NCBI RefSeq assembly: GCF_003704095.1
Contig: NW_020847441.1
Span: forward strand, 1 to 63,548
Direction: 5' to 3'
Length of the DNA stretch: 63,548 bases
Origin: Pocillopora damicornis
Taxonomy: Eukaryota
The notes beneath the pieces were generated by a model. It was not told the DNA's origin. It saw only the letters and a list, made by a program, of their open reading frames with translations, and did no database searches. Below, one piece after another: positions 1-11,800 of the stretch; the first letter of the stretch is position 1; every line of letters begins with the position of its first letter. A program made the position numbers and the translations under genes.

Positions 1-130
1 CCCCCTGGCCAGAAATAATGAGGGGCACCCCTCTCTTTTGTGAGAGAGAGTTCCCCAAAATCCCCTTTACCGCCAAGACAGACAGTCTTTCCTGGAGCGA
101 AGTAATTTTTGATTGTTTACCTTTGTGCAG

Positions 131-765
131 CGCTCTGTCTTTATTGTTGGGGCTGTTACTCAGATAAATCATGGGCTGATTGCGAAAGTAAGCTACAGTC
201 GTAGCTATGCCAAGTTGGTGAAAAAGGCTCTGCCTGCCAGATAAAAGTGCTTACCGAGACAAACCCTGGAGGAGAAACTAAAACTCACTTCTCTAAAATG
301 TGTGGACTGCACATCCACTGTGATGGGTCAGAATGCAACACTCAGGATGGAAATGTAACCCACATATGTGTATTCCATTGCTGCCGCTATGACAATTGTA
401 ATATCGGCATTCTGTGAGTTGATGCCGGCTGTCATTTGTTAGCGAAAATTTGTTTTACTGTTCCCACTTGTCGAATGTTTGTGTTCAACTTTAACTTGAA
501 ACAGATTGTGGAAATTCTCTGACCAATGATAAAGGTCTTTTGTGTTCTTTTTTTGTACGAAGATGCAAGAAAAATATTTTTTGTCTTTATCGTACTATTC
601 AGAGGAGCTTTTTTGGGTCTGAAAACCCACGCTGGATTTCAATTAGTTGTTATTGTTGCAGTTGTTCTTTTAATCTGCCGTGCTTTCTGCCTCCATAACA
701 CAGTTATCTATGAGAACAAAAAATTTCCTGTAAGCGTTATGCGCATTAAAGTACCCCACACTTGA
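131..765 (+). pseudogene. Ly6/uPAR (LU, three-finger) domain membrane/GPI-type protein, 3' two exons; in-frame TAG at 202-204 (pseudogene, null allele or base error)
   Basis: Acceptor tttgtgcag|131. The exon reads ALCLYCWGCYSDKSWADCESKLQS*LCQVGEKGSACQIKVLTETNPGGETKTHFSKMCGLHIHCDGSECNTQDGNVTHICVFHCCRYDNCNIGI, with LU-type LxCxxC start and CCxxDxCN end. Donor GTGAGT at 414 (phase 2) joins acceptor ttcag|603 in frame to a hydrophobic tail (GFQLVVIVAVVLLICRAFCL), stop at 765. The signal-peptide exon is upstream of the window. Confidence 0.75.
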
Positions 766-773
766 AAGAATTA

Positions 774-1450
774 GGCTACGTTCACACAGTACTGGACGAA
801 TTTTCGACAGGCCGAAAGTTTCGACCGGACACTCTTTACACGCGGAATCGTTCGAAAGTTTCGTTCTGTTCAGATGAGACTAATAACAGGATTGATTTTG
901 CGACATTTTTGAGTGTTTTACTGTCTCCTCATGCGCAGAACGCTTCTTAACCCAGAGCAAGATGGCGTTCAGAGTTACTGCTGCTTCGACGTCTTCGATT
1001 TACAGATAGACGTGCGAAGTTTTAAATGTTGATTTTCTGACGTTATCAAAACACCAACACAACGTCGCTTACGTGCGTGGTAAGTCCGGCATGGTCTACA
1101 CATTTACAAGATAATGTTATGCCAAAAAGTTGTAATATTACCGAGCACTGCAATCAATGAACCAACACGTTCCATTTCCGTATACAATTGTTATTTAGCC
1201 TAGTTACCACGTATCCATGCAGCCACGCCTTCGCTGTACAAAAATTTCGATGTTTAAGGTGTTCACATCGTGGCGGTAAAATTGTTGACTGCACCGGCTA
1301 TAAATTCGTCCTCGATTTTGGTGTTCAAATTTTTGAACGCTTCGGCGTTCAAATTTTCGTACATTTGGCATGGTTCCATGAGTACGAAACGCCCAGACGC
1401 ATGAATTTTCCACCGATTGAAAACTCGTCCGGTTTCGTTTGAACGTAGCC
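774..1450. mobile_element. Non-autonomous DNA transposon/MITE, PIF/Harbinger-like
   Basis: Imperfect ~32-bp TIRs: ggctacgttcacacagtactggacgaattttc (774) vs reverse complement of gaaaactcgtccggtttcgtttgaacgtagcc (to 1450). Flanks are TTA / ATA (TWA-like, one mismatch). No recognisable coding capacity. Confidence 0.65.
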
Positions 1451-3457
1451 ATAATCAACATTCTGAAAAATCCATTTCTGTGGCGGTTTTCCCCGAGATC
1501 AAGGTTTGTCCTCACAAAATCGACTTGCAGACTTTATAGACGGGCAGGCACATGTAACGAGCACGAGAGAGGATTTACTTCTTTCAAAATTTCCCCCTGT
1601 AATGTATCATCCTTCACAAATTGTTTGCATAGATTTTAGCTGTGATTTGTTGTGATTATTTGTTTCATCAGAGTTAGGCAAGGCCGATTCTCATCGTAAC
1701 CTTCAGCTTTTTGTAACAATTGGGACCATTGAGAAGATCACGTGTACGAAAGCAAGAACGGACAAGTTAGTACTTTCGATGCAACGATCTTTTTCTTTTC
1801 AGTAAAAAAAAAGCTTTATCAGATATAACTTCATGGACACTTCAAAGTGAAAACAAAATACTGTCCAGTTCTACAAAAAAAATACATTTATTTTCAGTCC
1901 TGGTTACTGATCATTCAATAATTTAGCTTCACATGCACTGCTATCATATCAACTTCATATGTTCACGTCATCATACAAATATTCCTCTGGCCTGTCTCCC
2001 AAAAATATTTCGATATTTTCAATAATCAGCTTATAATTCACGTAACCTGCACTTGTGAATGCGTATTGACACTGCATCGATTGTAAAACCTTAAATTTAC
2101 CTTTTTTTTCGCGGTAATGCTGTTCAGATGGTACGTCATCAACCATGCCAAGGGCGTATTTATGCCTAATATAATGCATGTTGAAGTACGAGTGCAAATT
2201 CCTCTTTGTAACAAAGAAAAGTTCGTAAAGAATGCTAACAAATTCCGCATTGCAATTTCTTTGGCAGTTTTTATGGTTTCACAGAAATTGCTAAAATCAG
2301 GAAAATCAAGAACTGCTAAAACAAGTAACATTGAGATTATAATCAATGCAATTTCAATTTCCATCAAATAAATTGATCATTCACCAAACTATATCAAAGT
2401 ATCCTCCGTGACCTTTTAAACTTACAATGTCACGCGTTTCCTTCTGAAGAGTACTGCGTGACAACTAGATAATGGCTGTCATTGGTCACGAAATGCTGTT
2501 TTTGTATCTGCAAAGTGGATTTACAGAAGGTATCATCTCTTTTTCTAGTGATGACAGGCCGTACGAAATCACAAAAATTAGTTCTTAATTAAATTTTACA
2601 AGACACAATTTCTTTGAAATAGCTGTGTTAGGTTAACCGACATATAAGAGACGAACAACAAAAGGCCAAAAATATCTTTAAGTACAAAATACCGTTGGAT
2701 CGAAAAAAGGCTTTGCTGATCGACGAATTACAAAATAACCACCAAAGGGAAAAATAACAAAAAAGAAAATACAAAATACAAAGATGACGATAAAGAAAAC
2801 TCTAAATTCCTCTTTTACCTCTCAATGGCAGTTTGTTAGGTGTTCCAAAATCTAACCTTTCTGACGACTTGAAAGCAAAATCAAATCAGTTCAATACTTG
2901 AGATTAACTTCTCGCAACCCCACCCTCCCCCCAACTCCACTCTCACAGTTGAACTTTAAACATAGGGGTCCACTACCTCTCTACTTGCAGATCTGCTAAG
3001 GTCTCCTTCAAAGAAGCGCTAAATGCTAACATAGAGGCTATTTGTAATAGGGCGCAATGATTAGGCTATGCTATTTACATGCTTAACTTGTGTCTATCAA
3101 AGAAGCATTCTTAATGTAAATTTGGTTCTGAGGCTACGCTCAATTGTTACTCACAGGTCTTATTTCTGTACTTTAACAATTACTTTGTTGATACAATATA
3201 TCCATTCATAACTTGTTTCTTAACTTCAAAGCCAATGACGGCTTTCTCTAAATTATATATTAGCGTATAATACCTTTTTGGTAGGGGTCCTTCGAAATGA
3301 CACGAAGCAGTCTAATTGATTTGAGGTACCAACATGCACCCAATAATGACAGAACTTGGACATGAGTATTCTTAATGCGAAAAAAAATTTAAATTTAAAA
3401 GGAAATTCTAGCTCCAATCCAAAACCCCAATTCTGCTATTTAGTACTAACACAAACT

Positions 3458-4740
3458 TTACACCACCTTAAGAAAATCAAGGTTCAAATGATCAGGGATG
3501 GTCAGAGACTCTAACGACACAGCTGAAGGAGTGAAAGGCAACGTAAAGGGATACATGTACGCTATATCAGTCATCAGGTACATAGGATCTGACTTGTTAT
3601 GGCCGCGCTCCACAACTGCACGAACCACAGACGAAGGTACTCTGGCTTCATACTCGTTGGCTGGTGTGTACATGGACAATATCTTCTGGACCTACGAAAA
3701 ATGAAGTAATTATCACAATTAGTGGGAATCAATGAACACTGCAAAGAATTCTCCGCCTCTTTTGGTCTGAAATCATCTCCAACGATGAACTGCTTTGATG
3801 AACGAATACAGAACCAATCACCACGCAGGTCCAGAGAAAAAGATGGAGTTGTAGCAGCCATGTTCTTCGAATGCCATATCAGCCTTGCATGCCCACAGCC
3901 CCCTCCATGAACTCCCAACGGCAGGCAAAAGAGAGGCTTCAACAAGGAAACTTGGAGGAGAACCGTAAAAAGGGAAATGAGAGACAGAGGATGGGCATAA
4001 AGCAACTTGGGCGACTGGCAACGGAAAGAAATCAGTGGCATTCTCTAGACGATGCCTCATGTGCAAAGACGCACGAAGAGGACTAACTAACTAACCAACA
4101 TGCATTGATTTGACTGAGCTTTCTAGCTTTTGATTTAGCATTTTAGATTAAAACGTGACTCTAAAATGACCTCAAGATGGTCTCCTGGGGATATTCGTCA
4201 TCAATCTGAAGTGTTCTCCATACTTGCACTGCCCCTCAAGACCGTTAAACCAGGATTGATACCTGCAATAGGTTTCCAGCACAACCCGCTCTTGTTGTAT
4301 CATGGTTGCCACAGCAATAAGTTTGGAAGTTCTCGAACTTTTCCATGACCTCAGGCAACCACGATACGGTTTCCAAAACAAGTCCGCGATTCATTTCACT
4401 TCTTAAGTCAAACACACGAATTCACAATAGTTTGAATTTGCGCCGTTTACTTAACAAAACGAACAAACAAACAAATTTCGTCCTCTCTATCTGTGGGCTT
4501 TGTTTCTTTCGTATTGTTGCGAGTTGTGTGACCAGTTTATTTTCCGATCTTTCATGATTTTCTGATGACGACTACAAATCCACCAGAAGCGGTTATCTTA
4601 CCTATCAGCAGGTAAGTAGAGCAGTTATCTTACCTGTAAGGTATTAAGAGAACTACAGACTTCACAAATCGCGTCCACGTCTTCCAACGTTTTTTTGTTG
4701 ACCTGAAGTAATTGTGTCGCTTGTGTGACATTCTCCAAAG
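3458..4740 (-). CDS. MYO5: Myosin V, last two exons (cargo-binding/DIL C-terminus); 5' part missing beyond the N-gap
   Basis: Exon 4740-4634 LENVTQATQLLQVNKKTLEDVDAICEVCSSLNTLQ|gtaaga. Exon 3691-3458 VQKILSMYTPANEYEARVPSSVVR...YPFTLPFTPSAVSLESLTIPDHLNLDFLKVV*. Both match the class V myosin tail (LLQVKKKT...LYTPVNEFEERV...PF). Confidence 0.9.
3720..4095 (+). mobile_element. 5'-truncated, decayed RTE-clade non-LTR retrotransposon (3' end) in the last myosin V intron
   Basis: Frameshifted remnants HVLRM..., TPNGRQKRG..KETWRRTVKREMRDRGW, LATERNQWHSLDDASCAKTHEED*, followed by a (CTAA)n tail, as at RTE ORF C-termini. The 5' boundary is approximate. Confidence 0.75.
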
Positions 4741-6582
4741 NNNNNNNNNNNNNNNNNNNNNNNNNNNNNNNNNNNNNNNNNNNNNNNNNNNNNNNNNNNN
4801 NNNNNNNNNNNNNNNNNNNNNNNNNNNNNNNNNNNNNNNNTTTAAAATCGGAGCGTTCAAAACACGACATCTTGTATGATTCAGCCCATTAAAACCAAAG
4901 GAAAAAGTGTGAATCAAATGAAACTATCTTGAAAGTCGCGGTCTAATCCGTACGTGAAATGTTTTGACGACCGTTTTTTTTGTATCAAAACAAAGCTACT
5001 CAATATCTCGGTGATCACTACTCATACATCGACTTACACATTAAGAAGGAATACTACTAAGTACTTCATTGAAACTGAAACAAAATAAGTAAGCCTTAAC
5101 GATCTAGAATTTTTGCAACAAAAACCGTCAAATCATTGGCCTAAAGGAAAGCTGTTCCCAAATTCAACTTATGGAAATTTCAATCTGGCACCGGCCGAGA
5201 TCAAGCAGCTTTCGAATTCCAACCCCTTGACACAGAATGTTTCATTTCTCGGTGACTGGCATAAAATGTCGCAAAATATTGCTTAAACATTCAAGGATGC
5301 AAAGGGAGAGTCATTTAGATGTAAACTTATTCAATTTTTGTTATCCAAGAGGAAAGTAAACTCTGATTGGAGAAGCGATCCCGCTCAGGTTTGGCTAATA
5401 GAGAGCAAATCATGACTATAAATGAGTTAAACCTGAAATACCTCCGGGAATAAGCGATATTAAAGCAATCCTAAACAACGCAGCAGCCATTTCTTCAACG
5501 TAGGACTTGTTACTGTTCAGTGACTTTCTATACTCTGTGATGAATGATTACAGAACTCAATATATATACACGTTTCTCGCCTAAAATCAGTTGTGATCAT
5601 CAACGACTAGCGAAATTTGAGATCCAAGAGATTGCCGATTTTGACCCCTTTTGACAGGTGTCAGAAAAACTAGTGATAGTACAATACCGGAGCTAAAGAT
5701 TGATTTTTATTACAATACATGCATTGAGGTTGTGTGTGCGTTCAAAATGGTAAATTGAAAAGTTTCATACCCTTTGTCTGCCTTTCTACTGAAGATCAGG
5801 TTTAAGTTATTGTAAGCCTGAGTTTTGAGAGATTTGTCATCTGAACGTGATACATCGCATGCCAAACAACCACCCTTTATGACGGCCGGAAGTTGCACAA
5901 GTGGCTTCGAAAGTAGCTATCCGCAAAAGATAGAAGGTTTTGGAGATATCCTGGGTTTGAGAGCGTATTTTGACGCAGCGCTTTCGAGTGGGTAAGGAGA
6001 TGTGGAAATATGGTTTGCCTTAAGCTTGCAATTTTTCATCTTATTTCCAAAAAGGCGAATTTGCAATACTTTGGCGCATCTTGTAACCAAAATTGAGCGA
6101 AACTTGTAGGTTTATTATAATGGCGCTCTCTCATTGACGTTTAATGATTGCTGGCGATTATTGTTAAGACCCATAAGATTAACTATATTGAGACTTATTT
6201 TAGAAAAGATGCCTTTTATTCATCTGAGCATCAAGCAATGTAGAATTACAGTACATTCAGTTTCCCCTGAGTGAACTGCGAGGCTGAGATGGCCTGGTGA
6301 ACCTGAAAAAAGGAAAGAGCAGGAACAAAATTTAGTTCAGATTACAAAGTTACATCGATACCGAAGTCGATTACTAGTGCGTGACACCAGCGCCAGACCG
6401 CTCAATGATGATTTGTAATTACAGTCACAAAAGTTACGCTATCACGCTACAGTAGTTACATCCTTGATGGCACGTGTTTTGCACATTGATCTTCCAAAAC
6501 CCAATCAAATTTACTAGATTGACTTAACTAATAAAAGAAATAACGATGTCGGGAAAATTCTTCGTACTAACTGACCTAGTGC

Positions 6583-7853
6583 TCATTCACACTTGTACTT
6601 CACAGTAAGATATTTTCTGACTCCTCGGCACGGATCACCAAACACGCTGTTACTCGCATGCAGTGCACAACTGACTTTCCCTTTGCACGTTTTCTGCACA
6701 AAGCCAAGTGACGTGGAGGCACGGCAATTGGTCACTGTAGACTTGCCACACGTGTTTTTGTTGAGTCGACCATAATTTGCATGCAGGATGTTCATTTTCT
6801 TCCCTTTCTTGCAAGTTATGGTAGTTTTCTTGGTTTCGCAGATCGTCACTGATTTAGGTTTGTCTAAGGTGAAAAATAAACAGCAACGTAAGGTCTTTAA
6901 AATCGAATTCACTGCGTTCTTGAACTAAAGACTATTAACACCAAATGTGTGTTGCAATTTATACCGCTGTATATGTCCCTTCACTTCTTCAAGATAGAAT
7001 GATTTACTGATATCTTTGGTAAAAATTCCGCACAGCCCCATACTATTGTAAAACAAATCTGTTTTCCCAATGGCAATGTATTGTTTTTGTCGTTGTTTTC
7101 TCTATCCAAGAACCGAATGCATAATGTAGTATGAGGCTGTGCGGAAATTTTACCATTTCTTTCTTTCGCAGTGCAATCGTTTCTCGAAACTAGAGGGAAA
7201 ACAATTCTTTCTACAATTCTCTCGGACAAGCTGTTTGACGACTAGTTTGCATTCCGAAAGAAGCTTGTAGACACTGAAATTTGAAATTTTTGTGGTGCCT
7301 CTTGAGTGTGAATCATGCACTACGACAAATTTTTACATAAAAGCAGAAACTCTCACCTCCGTTAATCGCCTTTCTCATCATCTTTGTAATGGTGGTCAGT
7401 TTACGGTCTAACTTGGTCAAGCGCTGGAAAATCTTTGTGTTCGCTGATAAATATAGAAACATAACGAAATTCAGAACATTAGGTCATGAGCACTTGAAGC
7501 AGAACCTCTGATCACATCGGACAACTATTTCCTCAGGAGACGTTCAATTCAATAAATTTGTTGTCGTAGATAATAAGCTTTCCAAACCTTATCCTACCTT
7601 TCCTCAGTTGTTTTGTTGCCAAGTCAATTGCACCGATTCTGCTATGAGTGAAGCGAAGAGTCAAGTCAACGGAACTTACAATGGACAAAACTTGTTTGAG
7701 ATGTTTCTTCTGGTTGGGGCAAACTGTTTTGAGCTTGTTAGAGATTTGTTTTATCATAAACGCTTCTCCCTTTTTAGCTCGTTTAGCTTCGGAACCAAAT
7801 AATGCCAGGAAGGCTACGAGCGCCAAAACAACGAGAACGTAAGTGAATTTCAT
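6583..7853 (-). CDS. Secreted rhamnose-binding lectin (SUEL/Gal_Lectin domain) with a basic N-terminal helical segment
   Basis: Phase-consistent GT-AG exons 7853-7762, 7641-7598, 7443-7357, 6863-6583 give MKFTYVLVVLALVAFLALFGSEA-KRAKKGEARIGAIDLATKQLRKANTKIFQRLTKLDRKLTTITKMMRKAING-DKPKSVTICE...ANYGR...DPCRGVRKYLTVKYKCE*. RBL motifs ANYGR and DPC..KYL plus 8 Cys are present. Probable 3'UTR intron 6575-6303; AATAAA at 6220-6215. Confidence 0.9.
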
Positions 7854-8154
7854 GTCAAACTAATTTGAGGCAAGGGCTTCGTCTCCTCAATCAATCAATC
7901 TCGACCGAAACTGCAATGGCTTTTCTTCGAAGAGGAAGACAATGTAAATTCTCGCTCTTTGTATCAAATTTCGCCGTTTTTTCATGTTGGTTGTCAAATA
8001 TCTGATGACCCAATTTGATGATCTATTTGACGAGCTTCCAAAATGTCTTCCGCTCTTAGAATTATCGATAAATTTCACGTCACCGAAGAGCTGGTTCGAA
8101 AGTCCTTAATTTTGAGTCTTGATCTTAGATACAATATGTAATTAAATCGGACTA

Positions 8155-8203
8155 GTTCTTTTTTCGTAATTCTTTTTTCGTAGTTCTTTTTTCGTAATTC
8201 TTT
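8155..8203. repeat. Short tandem repeat, ~14-bp unit (TTCTTTTTTCGTAR) x ~3.5
   Basis: Directly visible tandem copies. Confidence 0.7.
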
Positions 8204-8801
8204 GTTCTAACTCTGACTTCCTCTCTATATATTTTTGGACTTATTTCTGAAGCTTAGACTGACTGTAAATATTTGCTGACAACTCGATCAAAGTATGCTG
8301 ACACGAGGTTTTGACGTATGTATACTAAAATTATTCAAAGTACGACCCTGCATACATCAACAAAGAAAGAAAAAGAGCTTTTTATCAAAGATACATGCAG
8401 TATTCTCCCTTTTCATTTTACTGCTTCTCACACACGAGTAGAAGTGATCCCAACTCTTTCCCCTACTGTATACGAAATTAGAAATATTACGCATACTTGA
8501 ATACACAAGCGACAATACACTCGATTAAGGTAAACAAGAGATTTTTGGAACGCATGTGCTTACGACACTCCAGGGCTGATGGCCGTGTTATTGAATATCT
8601 TGCGCTCTCTTACCGATGATGACAAATTAAAAGCTCTTAGACAGCTCCGTACTATTGGTTCAATTTACGAAACCCCGATTTGTTCTGTCCCATTAATACC
8701 TGATAAAATTAGTAAAGCAGCTAGCGCACGATTGATAAGAGTCTAATATAAAAAAGGAGCAACAACACTAATAACATCAGGCTGGTAAAAAATAAGACAT
8801 T

Positions 8802-11800
8802 TTATTGTAAGTTACTATTCAGATACTGCACAAACATATTGGAAATTTTCTTCGTATCTTCGACAGGATGCATCTTCGTGTAGGTAATAAATTGTCGACG
8901 TATTTTTCTTAATTCTGCCATGTTTGCAGTCCTATCCAGAACAACGTGGAGACAAAACTGTTAAGGAAATATGCACATCATTTGAAATTTAGAAAACCGT
9001 ATTGTTATCAATTGACTCACTAAGCGGTCACTTGTGATATGAATCGACTCTTTCGAGTGCATACCGACACTGTAAGTCCTCTTTGGGCGAGGGCACTCAA
9101 GTGCCCAAAATTGCTTATCCTTCCGTTCTTTAGAGCGGAAAAAAACATGGTATGTTTTGTAAAAGGATATTTTCTCCGATGTTCCCGGGACCGTGATGTG
9201 ATCCCCAGGTACAAACGTCCGTTGGGAATTTATCAAGACCTAAAAGAAAATCACCATTGTGAAAGAAAAGCTACAAATGGTTTATCACTTTGACCAATTG
9301 CAGAGGTCTGTTAAACAAAAAAAAGATGACACTCAGATTACAGGAAACTACAAATGAATACCATCTAAATTTTTCATCTCCTTTGTTTCATTTGGTCTAA
9401 GAAGACAATTAACGACACCATCATTTAACTATAAATGACATTACCATGTATCTCTTTCAGGATTTAAATAACAGTCAACATTAACATTCGTCTAAAAGCT
9501 CATGTTATCATGAGATTCATGTAAAGAGCACAAAAGGGATTACTTACAGTAACTATTTCTTGAGTTATTTTGTCAAGCTCGTAGAGGAAGTTTGTTGCTG
9601 ACAAAGGTTGCTTGAAAACAAAACAAATTGAACTGGTAAATAATTGAAAACCAAAACCTCTAAAACATCGTGGTCATTGATAGTGAAAATTGTGCTGCCT
9701 GGCATCAAAACGCTAAACTGGTCCTGAGGTACTGAGACAAATGTCACCCATTGACAAGTACTCAATTGAATGTTATGGAAGAAAGGCATTACAAAAATAC
9801 TAGTCTCCAGAGCAGGCATATCTTTTAGCAGGTAAGTGTTCAATACTACTAACCAAGTGTTGAAGCCGCCATATATGACTGGTAACATTAAGCAAAGCAT
9901 GGAGCAGATTAACCAGACAAGAGAAGGGCTTGAGAAGAAATAAAATTTCTTTCCCAACCCCCAACCCCCAACCCAATTTCCTAGCTTGTTACTCTCTCTA
10001 CTTCTCCCCTAGTGCTCTTGTTTTACTTGCCTAAAGATTTTTTCAAGTTTAACGATCCAACATCGCTGTTCCAACACTCAACTGGCATATTTTGCCCTAA
10101 CTTGCTAAAAGATTTACCAGCTAATTGCAAGCCAGTAAGGCTTAAGCAAAATGTCTTGGGTGACAGCCAAAGCTCAGTGGATACATGATTCAGGTCAATT
10201 CAAATTCCATATTCCTTACCGGTTGAGTAGCCTGGTTTGGCGGCGGTGGTACTCTGTTGATTAATGCATCATATATAGATTCAAATGGAAGGTCATCATC
10301 AACCTGAAGTAATGAAGCAACTGATTTCAAAAATAGTAACACCGATGAGAAAAAGAAAATGTACATTCCAAGGGAGGCCCCTCTCAAATTCCTGTCCTTC
10401 AAATTGAAAAAAAAAAAACAAATAAACTAATATAAAGGACAACAAAGGAACCAAAAAAGGAAAAAACAAAAAAAAACAAAAGAATTAAGCCTTTTCCTAT
10501 TACAAGTAACTGAAATACACCTGAAGTACATAAAAAATCTTACAAGTCATGTAAGTTTTGTGCAATTCCTTAAGCTGCATAACATGTGTTTTAATATTTC
10601 TCATGGAAAGTAGAGGCAAATGTCTCTTGACCTCTATAAACTGTATTTCTTAAAACTAAAAATTTGAATTGCATGTATTATACCTGGATGACAAATAACG
10701 GAGAGTCCCATCTGTTCCTTGAGTCAGGCGGCTCAAACCTCATTACTAAAGCATCTAATCTGATTCAAACAAGATGCAGCACAAATACTCAAACTCAGAT
10801 TATAAGAAAAGTTTTGACAAGGAACAGTAAAGTAAAATCACTGCCATTTTAATAGTTGTGCAATCATAATGACAAACTACATTTTTGTAGCACTGGGTTA
10901 CAATGGCAATATGAGTGTCTTTTATCACTTTGTAGAGAGTAGAATAACACAAATTTTGATCAGTAAGTCATAAACCTTAACTGAAGATTCCAAACAAAAC
11001 TAAAGCACATGTATGTTACATCAATTCTTACCAAAAGCAAAGAGTAAAAATTGTACCATTTTGGTTACTGAACACTGTCCAAAGATCATGTTCTGTCACA
11101 ACACAATATAACCATCATAAAAATGGTAAATAATGATGATTTTGTCAATTAAAGCTTTTTTGTGTGGTTTGAGCTTAGACATAAATCGTGTAATATATGC
11201 AAACAACAGACATATAAGAAATATTACTAAATATTATAGAAATAAAAACAGATTCAGTATTTGTGTATTAATTAAGTAAGCCAACAGTACTCACGTTTCA
11301 TCATTATATCTACTTTCTCTTGTTTTATTCCACTCTGAACAGATTTCTTTAGAAGTGTCACAATGCACCTTAAAGTTAAAATTAACATGTGTTAATACCT
11401 GACTAGCACTGATCTCAGAGTTGTAAAAGTAGCTATGAAAACCTAGAAAATCATCCTTTGTGCTTTTCTATTCTTGAAAAACACATGGAAAATATTGATC
11501 AGAAAAGGTTGTTTTTCTTCAAATTCACTCTTTTTAATAAGCAAAGTGGTAAAAATAATGTTTACATGATATAAGATGTTTGATTTTGCCTCTTAGATTC
11601 TTTTGTTACATCTGAGAGGTCCAATTTAACAGCTTCAAAATCTCAGGGCAAACAATTGACTTCAGCATAAAGCTTCTGAGAATGAAAAAGAGAGTTTTTA
11701 GTGCTTATTCCCCATTTCCTTGTTGCAGCAATATATATTTTTTTAAACTTAATTTTTAAACCAAGGAGCATTACTGTTTGTGGTCAAGTCAAAAATCACT

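Noticed and set aside
11399-11442. Possible 44-nt poison exon in KTI12 (ag|gttttc...cag|gtatta)
   Set aside because: It would leave only a 30-nt downstream intron, too short to be credible.
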